A program made the position numbers and the translations under genes. From the NCBI GenBank assembly GCA_965612785.1, contig CBFDTC010000001.1:1-54810 (forward strand): a stretch of 54,810 bases of DNA. Direction: 5' to 3'. This document shows positions 35,680 to 43,784 of the stretch, one piece after another (within the stretch, counting starts at the first letter, position 1; each line of letters starts with the position of its first letter). A model generated the notes under the pieces. That model did not search any database, was not told where the DNA came from, and saw nothing but the letters and a program-made list of their open reading frames with translations. The stretch is from Candidatus Bathyarchaeota archaeon (GTDB lineage Archaea; Thermoproteota; Bathyarchaeia; TCS64; CBFDTC01).

Positions 35680-35720
35680 CGCCTAACTTAGGCGCCAAAC
35701 GACAACTTAAACGTTTTTCA
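35680..35720 (-). promoter_or_regulatory. rpoP-rpoH promoter region: BRE/TATA-like GAAAAACGTTTAAG plus a 15-bp palindrome abutting the ATG
   Basis: The TTTAAG box (35706-35711) lies about 30 nt from the ATG at 35679. The perfect palindrome CGCCTAAcTTAGGCG (35680-35694) occupies the space between the box and the start codon. Confidence 0.4.
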
Positions 35721-35766
35721 GCCTACACGTGTGCGGATGGTGACCCGATCCTTAGCGAGTTTTCCT

Positions 35767-36336
35767 CTATTCTATCAGAAGAAGCGTAAAGCTTTTGAAG
35801 CCTCTGTCAGGCGTCGTAACCACATCCACGTCGTATCCGGCTTTCCTGGCGGTTGAGAACACGTCTATTCCACACGCCTGCATAGAAGGTCTCGCTTTCT
35901 CCGGATGCAGACACAGTTTCTTATCCTGCTTAGACGCGCAGCTTAACTCTCCGGCTGGACACCGGTCGCACATCGTGCATGTGTTGGCTATGAACGCGAA
36001 TGCCTTGTAGAATCCGTCGAGGAAGGCGATTCTCTCGAGCTCTAACATGAGGTTGTGTATGGATTTCAACCTCCTGGAGTCTTTGATGTCTCTGAACTCG
36101 AAGAGCATGGCATGGCGGTATTCGTCCAGTATCTTCCGTGTCTGTTCTGGGGTTGGAGTGTAGGGTGGACACGTGAAATACTTTCCATAGTCGTCGCATC
36201 CGTACATGCATTTCAGCCTGACCCAATGGCCTACGGTTATGTCCTCAGTGCGTATTAACTTGGCGGAGCTTGCGCCTCTACTCAGTGCATAACTACTCAG
36301 CTTTGAGACCAGTCTTTTCAGCCTCTCATCCATCAT
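35767..36336 (-). CDS. DUF2284-family predicted metal-binding protein
   Basis: The signature ..W.RLKCMYGCDDYGKYFTCPPYTP.PE.T..IL..Y and later C..C..CP cysteines are typical of DUF2284. Confidence 0.75.
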   Translation of the reverse strand: MMDERLKRLVSKLSSYALSRGASSAKLIRTEDITVGHWVRLKCMYGCDDYGKYFTCPPYTPTPEQTRKILDEYRHAMLFEFRDIKDSRRLKSIHNLMLELERIAFLDGFYKAFAFIANTCTMCDRCPAGELSCASKQDKKLCLHPEKARPSMQACGIDVFSTARKAGYDVDVVTTPDRGFKSFTLLLIE

Positions 36337-36362
36337 GCTATGGTCGTAGATGTTGCCGCCCC

Positions 36363-36418
36363 TTTATAAGAACTTCCATATTAGGCTGCTTTAATCCAGG
36401 TAAATGTTTTTTTAAACC
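36363..36418. promoter_or_regulatory. Divergent promoter spacer (DUF2284 gene / AAA+-VWA gene)
   Basis: TTTATAAG (36363-36370) lies about 30 nt from the minus-strand start at 36336. TTTTTTTAAACC (36407-36418) lies upstream of the plus gene. That gene also has an SD-like GGAGAGGTG (36450-36458) 6 nt before its ATG at 36465. Confidence 0.4.
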
Positions 36419-36464
36419 TATAACGCTGTTATGTTTGATTCCTTCGACCGGAGAGGTGTTTCCT

Positions 36465-38318
36465 ATGCTTGATGAGATCGCTGAAATACAGAGGAAGTAC
36501 GGGATAATTGGTCGTGAGGAGGAGCTCAGGAAGGCGATCATGGCGATTAGGGCGGGTAAACACATACTGTTTGAAGGGCCTGTCGGGGTTGGCAAGACCG
36601 TTCTAGCTACAGCGCTGGCCATGCACTTCGGACGTAAAATATACCGAGTTGACGGAGACGAAAGGTACACCGAACATAAACTCGTGGGGTGGTTCGACCC
36701 CTCCTCGGTGATGACCAAGGGATATTGTTGGGAGTCTTTTATTCCAGGTCCCTTGACGCAGGCGATGTTGGACGGGGCCTTCCTGTTCATAAACGAGCTC
36801 AACAGAATGCCTGAGGGAACCCAGAACGTACTGTTGCCAGCGATGGACGAGGGGATCATAGTCGTACCTAAGATAGGCGTGGTCAAGGCCAAGCCTGGTT
36901 TCCTGGTGATAGCCACCCAAAACCCCGAGGAGTACGTGGCCACGAGCAGGCTTAGCGAGGCTTTGAGAGACAGGTTCGTCTGGATACCCCTCGAATACCA
37001 GTCCGAGAGGGAAGAGATAGAGATAGTGCGCAAGGAGACTGGCTGTACGGATGAACGTATAATCACGACGGCGGTTAAGATAGTCAGGAAGACGCGGGAA
37101 GACCCTGAGATAAGGAGAGGTTCATCGGTTAGGGGTGCGATAGACATAACGGCGTTAATCACGGCCAGGACGGGCAGAGACTTCCCGGATCAGGAAACCT
37201 GGGTCGAGGCATCTACCATGGCCCTTGCCACGAAGATAGAGCTTAGGGAAAGGTCGGGTAAGTCTGTTGAGGAGGTCATACGGCAAATAGTGCTATCCGT
37301 CCTCAATGAACAGCAACGTCTGAGGACTGGGAGGTCGGGATCCCCGAAACTCCCAGGTCGTGAGACAGGCCTGGGGGCGGGAAGGTCTGACCTCCCGGCA
37401 ACGTTTGTCTCGCTGGTGGAGAGCAAAGACGTTCAGGGTCTTCTGAAGCTATTCAGACGTGAACCAAAGCTTGCTGGGAAGCTGCTCGCGGATGAGGGTG
37501 TCTTTAATGGCTTTATCCAAGCGGTCGAATCTTCTAAGGCCTTCCTTCCTGGGGCTTGCCTCCTGTTCCTCGTTCAGTCGGAGCTCGACGAAACTAAGAG
37601 AAGGATGGCGAGGAAGGTGCTTGTGAGGATGATACTGGGCCTCGTCAGCAAGGTCAGCTGGAGGGGGCTGCAGCCAACGGAATACGTCAACGTCCCCTTC
37701 AGGCCGGGTTTGGAGGAGATAGACCTGGAGGAGACTCTCGAGAACGTGTTGGGGAAGGGGGCTCCCAGCCTCGAAGATATAGTGTGCAGGGAGAGGGTGA
37801 GGAAGAGGAGGGCCGCTGTCCTGCTGTTAGACGTGAGCAACTCCATGCAAGGGGAGAGACTGGTTGTGGCCACGGCCGCCGTGGGGGTTCTAGCCCGCAA
37901 GTTCGAGGACGACGACTATGCGGTGGTGGTCTTCAGGGACAGAGCCAGGGTTCTCAAGTCCATGCGGGAGCATGTGGACTGCGAGGAGCTGGTGGAGAGG
38001 CTTCTGGACGTGGAGTTCGGAGGCTCCACGGACATAAAGAAGGCTTTAGAGACCGGCCTCAGAGAACTCGACTCCGTTCAGGCAAAGGTGAAGTTCGGCG
38101 TCATAGTGACGGACGGGTGGGTTACTAGGGGCGGAGACCCCGTGGAGGTGGCCGGTATGTACCCTAGGCTACACGTCGTCGAGGTGCCAATGGGCCCCGC
38201 TGGGGGAGACTCCGAGATGTGCGCGAAGATGGCTGAGGCGGGGAGAGGGAAACACATGCGTGTTCACGACTTTAGAGACCTGCCTATGGCCTTGTCTAAG
38301 CTCCTCAGGGAGTGCTGA
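36465..38318 (+). CDS. Fused MoxR-like AAA+ ATPase / long linker / von Willebrand factor A (VWA) domain protein (ChlD-like architecture)
   Basis: The AAA+ part has Walker A GPVGVGKT, Walker B FLFINELNR, and ATQNPEE..SEALRDRF. The C-terminal part has a MIDAS motif LLLDVSNSM. I chose the ATG at 36465 with its SD-like sequence. The 65-codon upstream extension in the ORF track overlaps the divergent gene and promoter. Confidence 0.85.
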   Translation: MLDEIAEIQRKYGIIGREEELRKAIMAIRAGKHILFEGPVGVGKTVLATALAMHFGRKIYRVDGDERYTEHKLVGWFDPSSVMTKGYCWESFIPGPLTQAMLDGAFLFINELNRMPEGTQNVLLPAMDEGIIVVPKIGVVKAKPGFLVIATQNPEEYVATSRLSEALRDRFVWIPLEYQSEREEIEIVRKETGCTDERIITTAVKIVRKTREDPEIRRGSSVRGAIDITALITARTGRDFPDQETWVEASTMALATKIELRERSGKSVEEVIRQIVLSVLNEQQRLRTGRSGSPKLPGRETGLGAGRSDLPATFVSLVESKDVQGLLKLFRREPKLAGKLLADEGVFNGFIQAVESSKAFLPGACLLFLVQSELDETKRRMARKVLVRMILGLVSKVSWRGLQPTEYVNVPFRPGLEEIDLEETLENVLGKGAPSLEDIVCRERVRKRRAAVLLLDVSNSMQGERLVVATAAVGVLARKFEDDDYAVVVFRDRARVLKSMREHVDCEELVERLLDVEFGGSTDIKKALETGLRELDSVQAKVKFGVIVTDGWVTRGGDPVEVAGMYPRLHVVEVPMGPAGGDSEMCAKMAEAGRGKHMRVHDFRDLPMALSKLLREC

Positions 38319-38341
38319 ACGGAGGCTTAGATGCCCAATAC

Positions 38342-39961
38342 TCATAACGTTCTCACACATAAGGCCTCCATGACTCTGTCAGACAACGTCCCAGTGACCT
38401 TGACCTCCACGACTTCCCCAGGCTCACCGTGGAAGCCCCTAACGACAACGACCGGTCCATGGTTCATCGGGTAGGCTATCCAGCCCCTGCCTGGGACAGG
38501 GCCGTACACGACAACCGTCATCCGCCTGCCTATGAGCATCCTCCTGGAAGCCCTGTTCACCTCCTCAGCCGCCCTCTTCACAGCCCTTCCGAGAGGGCTC
38601 ACATGAGCCGGCGGTGGGCTTGGCATGTCGCCGAACGCGGACATGGGTAGCGGCCTGAACCTGTACACGATTATCCTCTCAGCCCCCAGCCTGCGGCACT
38701 CTTCGATCGTCCTAACGGTCTCTGAGACGGTCTCCTCACTCTCTCCCGGGAGGCCATGTATGAAGTACACGTAAGGCCTCAAACCTGCCTTCCTGAGGAG
38801 CCTCACAGCCCTCAGAGCCTCGGACGGGGTGTTAGGCCTACCGAGGGCCCTGCAGTGCTCCTCAGAGCCTGTTTCAAACCCTATGTTGACCGGTGTGTGT
38901 CTGAGGTACCTTCCGAGGAGCTCCGCGACCTCTCGGTCCACGAGGTTCGGCTTTATGTTCTCGACCATCACCGAAAACCTTCCGCTGGACCTTCTCACAA
39001 GCCTGTGCAGGCCTGACAGGATCTCCTCCAACATGTCCAGGTTGGCCGGAGGCTCCCTCGGGTCGGTCAGGGGCTCGGGCTCAACCAGTACGTCCCTGCC
39101 GTAGTCGAGTACGTCGGAGCCGCTGAGGACCACCCGCCTCACGCCAAGTTCGACGAGTTCCTCCACCTCCTCCAGCACGGATTGGACTTCCCTGCTCCTC
39201 GAAGGGCCGAACAGGCTTGGGACCGAGCAGTACCCGCATCCTGGGGGTATCCCGGCTGGACAATAGTACCTCCGGCTCAGCGGACCTGTCCTGCAGGCGT
39301 CGCACCCCGTGCACTGTCTCCCGTCAGGGAGGCGCATCGTGGTTCGGTAGTAGTTGCTGCATCCCCTCACCACCTCGACGTACACCCTTAACGCCTTGTA
39401 TCCAGGGTATCCCCGGATAGCCCTGGTGGAGGGCTTCAACTTTGCGTACTCGTTTCGTCTCATGAACGGTCTGAGACCCGTGAACACCACCTCCCCCTCC
39501 TCCACATAAGCCAAGCCCCTAACCCGTCGGAGCTCACTGGGGTCTGGGAGCACACCGTCCGAGAGGCCCTTCCCCAGGAGCTCCGTCAGAGTCGCCTCCC
39601 CTTCTCCGATCACGGCTAGGTCGTACCGACACTTCTTGAGGGCCTCCACCCAGTCCGAGGCTATCGGCCCACCGAGGACCTTAGGCCCCTCGGAGTTTCG
39701 GTCCCAGAGGGCTGACACTCTCCTGACGGCCGTCAGGTCGCTCGTCATCCCGCTGACCATCAGCACGTCGAACCGCCTGAGTAGACCAGGCTTCTCCAGG
39801 ACCGCCGCCGATGTGACGAGCTCGTAGTCGAGTCCAAGGTTTTCGAGGACGCCTGCCACACACCTCGGGCCCGAGCCCACTGCGTCCATCGTGGCCCTTC
39901 TCACACCCTTCCCTGCTCCGAGGGCGTCGACTATCAGGAACCTCGTCTCAGGCAACCCCAA
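38342..39961 (-). CDS. Radical SAM protein with N-terminal B12-binding-like (Rossmann) domain, Cys-rich insertion and C-terminal TRAM-like domain
   Basis: The TIM-barrel radical SAM body includes ..GFETGSEEH.. and ..YFIHGLPGESEET... Seven Cys lie within 50 aa (RGC-x17-CTGCDAC-x10-C-x7-CGYC). The C-terminal beta-rich segment (..GRRMTVVVYG....G..AYP......VVV.G..GEPGEVVEVKVTG) is TRAM-like. Confidence 0.75.
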   Translation of the reverse strand: MGLPETRFLIVDALGAGKGVRRATMDAVGSGPRCVAGVLENLGLDYELVTSAAVLEKPGLLRRFDVLMVSGMTSDLTAVRRVSALWDRNSEGPKVLGGPIASDWVEALKKCRYDLAVIGEGEATLTELLGKGLSDGVLPDPSELRRVRGLAYVEEGEVVFTGLRPFMRRNEYAKLKPSTRAIRGYPGYKALRVYVEVVRGCSNYYRTTMRLPDGRQCTGCDACRTGPLSRRYYCPAGIPPGCGYCSVPSLFGPSRSREVQSVLEEVEELVELGVRRVVLSGSDVLDYGRDVLVEPEPLTDPREPPANLDMLEEILSGLHRLVRRSSGRFSVMVENIKPNLVDREVAELLGRYLRHTPVNIGFETGSEEHCRALGRPNTPSEALRAVRLLRKAGLRPYVYFIHGLPGESEETVSETVRTIEECRRLGAERIIVYRFRPLPMSAFGDMPSPPPAHVSPLGRAVKRAAEEVNRASRRMLIGRRMTVVVYGPVPGRGWIAYPMNHGPVVVVRGFHGEPGEVVEVKVTGTLSDRVMEALCVRTL

Positions 39962-39997
39962 GTATTTCTTTTTAGTTTAACATCCCTTGTATTTTGG

Positions 39998-41032
39998 ATG
40001 TGTCTTACCGCACTCGTCATAGCCCTGTGCTGCGTGGCCTCCTTCACGCTTACGTACATCTCCACACCCAGGTTCATAAGGTTCCTCAGGGACGCCGGAA
40101 TAGTCGGCAGGGATGTGATGAAGCCTGGGAGGCCGCTGGTTCCGGAGATGGGTGGCCCACCCGTCTTGGTGGGCTTCCTTTTAGGTCTCTTCCTGTTCAT
40201 AGGCCTAAACATTTTCGTCCTTGAATCCCTGAAGGCGCTTACGGAGCTCTTGGCGTCCATATCCACGGTGCTGATAGTGACCTTCCTCGGGGTGTTCGAC
40301 GTTCTGACGTGTCTCGTGCCGGTCAAGGAGGGCGTCTCCGGGTTCGAGAGGTACAAGCGTAGGGGCCTCTCGATATGGATGCACTTCCTCCTACCCCTAC
40401 CCGCAGCCATACCTCTCATGGCGGTCAAGGCAGGTACGACGACCATGGACCTCCCGATCCTCGGCGTCGTGGACTTAGGGCCCCTGTACCCGCTGGTGGT
40501 CATCCCACTGGCCGTTCTGGTCGTGTCGAACGCCACGAACATGCTGGCGGGCTTCAACGGCCTCGAGGCTGGTATGGGCTTCATAATGCTAACAACCCTT
40601 GGGGTGTTTGCGATGGTGAGGGGTAGGGTCGAAGCCGCGGCTCTGTCGCTGACGTTCGCGTTCTCCCTCCTGGCCTTCCTCAGGTACAACTGGTACCCGG
40701 CTAAGATACTGCCGGGAGACCTGAACTACGTCATCGGGGCCGTCATGGTGTGCACCTCAGTCGTCGGGAACATGGAGAAAATCTCGGTCCTATGCTTCCT
40801 ACCGTGGGCCGTCGAGGCCTTCCTGAAGCTCTCGTCGAAGTTCAAGGCGGAGAGCTTCGGGATACTCCAGGAGGACGGCACTCTCAAACCCCCTCCGGGA
40901 GGGGTGCACTCGCTCACACACCTCGTCATGAGGCTCGGAAGGCTCAGGGAGTGGCAGGTGACGGCGACCCTGATGGCGGTCGAGGCGGTTGTGTGCGTTT
41001 TGGCGTTCCTCCACTGCCTCGGGCTTGTTTAG
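39998..41032 (+). CDS. aglH: Glycosyltransferase family 4 (MraY/WecA/AglH-like) UDP-HexNAc:dolichyl-phosphate HexNAc-1-P transferase
   Basis: Polytopic membrane protein with the motif NATNMLAGFNGLEAGMG (the NxxNxxDGxDGL equivalent in archaeal AglH) and the N-terminal pattern P.FI.FL...GI.G.D..K. Confidence 0.8.
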   Translation: MCLTALVIALCCVASFTLTYISTPRFIRFLRDAGIVGRDVMKPGRPLVPEMGGPPVLVGFLLGLFLFIGLNIFVLESLKALTELLASISTVLIVTFLGVFDVLTCLVPVKEGVSGFERYKRRGLSIWMHFLLPLPAAIPLMAVKAGTTTMDLPILGVVDLGPLYPLVVIPLAVLVVSNATNMLAGFNGLEAGMGFIMLTTLGVFAMVRGRVEAAALSLTFAFSLLAFLRYNWYPAKILPGDLNYVIGAVMVCTSVVGNMEKISVLCFLPWAVEAFLKLSSKFKAESFGILQEDGTLKPPPGGVHSLTHLVMRLGRLREWQVTATLMAVEAVVCVLAFLHCLGLV

Positions 41033-41883
41033 GACCTCAGCCACTCGACTATCTTCCCGTAGAAGTCCGTCACGACCTTAGGCCTCCAGTCCGTCTCGAA
41101 GTTCAGCGACCAGAAGGCTCTGGTCGTGTGCATGCCGAACCCCCTCGTCCCCTCCAGACGCTTCATCCCGTGGTCGGAGACGACGAGGAGTACGGCTTCG
41201 TCCCCGAGCTCCTGGGACAGCTTCCGAACGTACCTGTCCGCGGTTCTGTAGGCCCTGTACATCTCCGGGAGTCCGAAGGCGAGTTCGCCCACGATGTCGA
41301 GCAGCTTCGTCCAGACCATGATCAAGTCCCACTCGGATTGGATGAGCTCCGAAACGCGTTTCGTCTTCTCCTCGAACCTACGGAAGGCCTCTCTTATCAC
41401 GTTCGGAATCTTATCCAGCCCGAATTCTCCCTCGTATATCCCGAGGTTCCACATGGGGCTGTAGGCTGGCACGTCCACGGCGTACGCCCTCCTGGCGTGG
41501 TCGAATATCGTCGGCACACCGTAGTCCCTCCTGTCGACGACGCGTCTCTTGAACCCCATACGTCTCAGTATGCCGAACTTCCTCTCCAGCCCCCATCCCC
41601 TAGCGAACACGTCCACGAGCCTGTCCACGAGAGGGTTCGTCCACCTACGCCTCTGGAGGAGCCTGCCTATCCTACCCCTCGGAAGGGTTCCGGTTATGAA
41701 CGCGTACCAGACCATGGGCGTGTACGGCTCGTAGATTATCCTCCCATCCCTTCCGAGAATCTTAGCGAAACACTCCCTCGGAACCTCCACGGAGCCGTAC
41801 ACCCTCTGCATGAGGCCCTTAAGCCTCCACCTCTCGACGAAGCCGACCTCACATCCGTCGAGGGCGAGTATGAAAACTTTCAT
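41029..41883 (-). CDS. Alkaline-phosphatase-superfamily protein (type I phosphodiesterase/nucleotide pyrophosphatase-like)
   Basis: N-terminal ILALDG and C-terminal VVSDHGM are the metal-ligand motifs of the AP superfamily. The specific function is unknown. Confidence 0.5.
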   Translation of the reverse strand: MKVFILALDGCEVGFVERWRLKGLMQRVYGSVEVPRECFAKILGRDGRIIYEPYTPMVWYAFITGTLPRGRIGRLLQRRRWTNPLVDRLVDVFARGWGLERKFGILRRMGFKRRVVDRRDYGVPTIFDHARRAYAVDVPAYSPMWNLGIYEGEFGLDKIPNVIREAFRRFEEKTKRVSELIQSEWDLIMVWTKLLDIVGELAFGLPEMYRAYRTADRYVRKLSQELGDEAVLLVVSDHGMKRLEGTRGFGMHTTRAFWSLNFETDWRPKVVTDFYGKIVEWLRS

Positions 41884-41960
41884 GCGAACCTACCAACTGT
41901 TTGGAGATAAGCCTTAAAAACTTAAAATTTTTCCACAGAACCGCTCACGATAATGATGAG

Positions 41961-43784
41961 TTGTGTGGAATATTCGGATGCGTACTCTCAGACGGCTCTG
42001 CGGCTCCGGTAATCCACAAAGCCCTCAAGAGACTCGAGTACAGGGGATACGACTCCGTCGGTGAGGCCACAGTCCACGAGGGTCGAATACACGTGAAGAA
42101 GGCCGCCGGGAAGATAAGGGACGTACACAAGCTCCTGAACCTCGACGACCTCCCAGGCTCCGTGGGCATAGGACACACCAGGTGGGCCACACACGGAGCC
42201 CCGACGGACGTGAACGCACACCCACACGTGGACTGCGACGGCGTCGTAGCTGTGGTCCACAACGGGATCATAGAGAACTTCTCGACCCTGAAGGCCGAGC
42301 TGGAGGAGGCGGGCCACACGTTCAAGTCGAAGACGGACACGGAGGTAATACCGCACCTGATCGAGCACGAGATAAAGAACGGGGCATCGTTCGTCGAGGC
42401 TGTCAGGAGGGCTGTGCTTAGGCTGGACGGCTCGTACGCCATAGCGGTCCTCTACGCCGAGGAGCCGGACAAGATAGTCTGTGCGAAGAAGGAGAGCCCA
42501 CTCGTGGTAGGGGTAGGGGACAAGTCCGTCTACTGCGCATCCGACGTGCCGGCCTTCCTGCCCCTCACGAACAGGGGCTTCGCCCTAAGGGACGGCGAGA
42601 TGGCCGTCCTGAGGGCTGGGTCCGTCGAGGTGTACCGGACGGAGGACATGAGCCCCGTCGAGTACGAGGTCAAGACGTTTCCATGGACGCCTGAGATGGC
42701 CGAGAAGCAGGGATACCCGCACTTCATGCTCAAGGAGATACACGAGCAGCCCACGGCCCTGAGGAACGCCCTCAGGCTTCAGGAAAGCTACCTCGACCTG
42801 ATGACGACCTTCCTGGACAGGGCTAAAACCGTGTACATGGTCGCCTGCGGCACCTCGTACCACGCATGCCTCGCAGCGACCTACATGTTCTCCAAGCTCG
42901 CGTACAGGGAGACGGAGGCCGTCATAGCCTCGGAGTTCATCGACAGGTACGGAAACTCCGTCAACGTCGACAGCGCTGTCCTGGCGGTCAGCCAGTCCGG
43001 TGAGACGGCCGACACGCTCAAGGCGGTGATGTACGCCAGGGACAGGGCGGCCACGATCCTGGGCATAACCAACGTCCTCGGGTCCACCCTCACGAGGGTT
43101 GCTAGGGTCTACCTGTGTCAGCAGTCCGGCCCTGAGATCGGTGTGGCTGCGACTAAGACCTTCACGGCTCAGCTGATGGTGTTGGCCCAGCTTGCGATGA
43201 GGCTCGGTTTGAAGAGGGGTAAGATAGGCCACGAGGAGCATAAGGCGCTTATGAGGAAGCTTAGGAAGATCCCCGACATCGTGGAGGAGACGATTAGGAG
43301 GAATGAGGAGAGGGTTAAGGCTTTGGCTGAGAAGTACCATAAGTCCAGGTTCTTCCTGTTCCTCGGCAGGGGGATAAGCTCCGCAACGGCGGCTGAGGGC
43401 AACCTGAAGATGCTCGAGATAACCTACATACCCTCGATAACCTACCCGGCGGGTGAGAGCAAGCACGGTCCGATAAGCCTGGTCGAGGAGGGTGTTCCCA
43501 TAGTGTTCGTCTGCCCGAACGACTCGACGAAGAAGGCGGCTTTGGGGAACATGATGGAGCTTAAGGCCCGTGGCGGACGCATAATCGCCGTGATGGAGGA
43601 GGGGGACGAGGAGGTCAAGGAGTTGGCGGACGACTACGTCGAGATACCGAAGGGGGTGCCGGAGGTGTTCACCCCGATACCGTACGTCGTCCCGCTCCAG
43701 ATGTTCGCCTACTACACCTCAGTCAAGCTTGGGTTAGACCCGGACAAGCCAAGGAACCTTGCGAAGTCTGTGACGGTCCTCTAA
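41961..43784 (+). CDS. glmS: Glutamine--fructose-6-phosphate aminotransferase (isomerising)
   Basis: The Ntn-amidotransferase domain must begin Met-Cys (CGIFG). The only start codon directly preceding that Cys is the TTG at 41961. Two SIS domains and a C-terminal ..NLAKSVTV. follow. TATA-like TTAAAAACTTAAAATTTTT lies about 30-45 nt upstream. Confidence 0.93.
   Translation: MCGIFGCVLSDGSAAPVIHKALKRLEYRGYDSVGEATVHEGRIHVKKAAGKIRDVHKLLNLDDLPGSVGIGHTRWATHGAPTDVNAHPHVDCDGVVAVVHNGIIENFSTLKAELEEAGHTFKSKTDTEVIPHLIEHEIKNGASFVEAVRRAVLRLDGSYAIAVLYAEEPDKIVCAKKESPLVVGVGDKSVYCASDVPAFLPLTNRGFALRDGEMAVLRAGSVEVYRTEDMSPVEYEVKTFPWTPEMAEKQGYPHFMLKEIHEQPTALRNALRLQESYLDLMTTFLDRAKTVYMVACGTSYHACLAATYMFSKLAYRETEAVIASEFIDRYGNSVNVDSAVLAVSQSGETADTLKAVMYARDRAATILGITNVLGSTLTRVARVYLCQQSGPEIGVAATKTFTAQLMVLAQLAMRLGLKRGKIGHEEHKALMRKLRKIPDIVEETIRRNEERVKALAEKYHKSRFFLFLGRGISSATAAEGNLKMLEITYIPSITYPAGESKHGPISLVEEGVPIVFVCPNDSTKKAALGNMMELKARGGRIIAVMEEGDEEVKELADDYVEIPKGVPEVFTPIPYVVPLQMFAYYTSVKLGLDPDKPRNLAKSVTVL

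Noticed and set aside
35510-35698. 63-codon N-terminal extension of the rpoH ORF as given in the ORF track (start at 35698)
   Set aside because: The extension translates to an implausible sequence. The same DNA in another frame encodes a textbook RpoP zinc ribbon ending in an ATGA overlap with the Met at 35509.
36270-36464. 65-codon upstream extension of the AAA+/VWA ORF
   Set aside because: It overlaps the divergent DUF2284 gene and the A/T-rich promoter spacer. The ATG at 36465 has an SD-like GGAGAGGTG and begins the conserved MoxR N-terminus.
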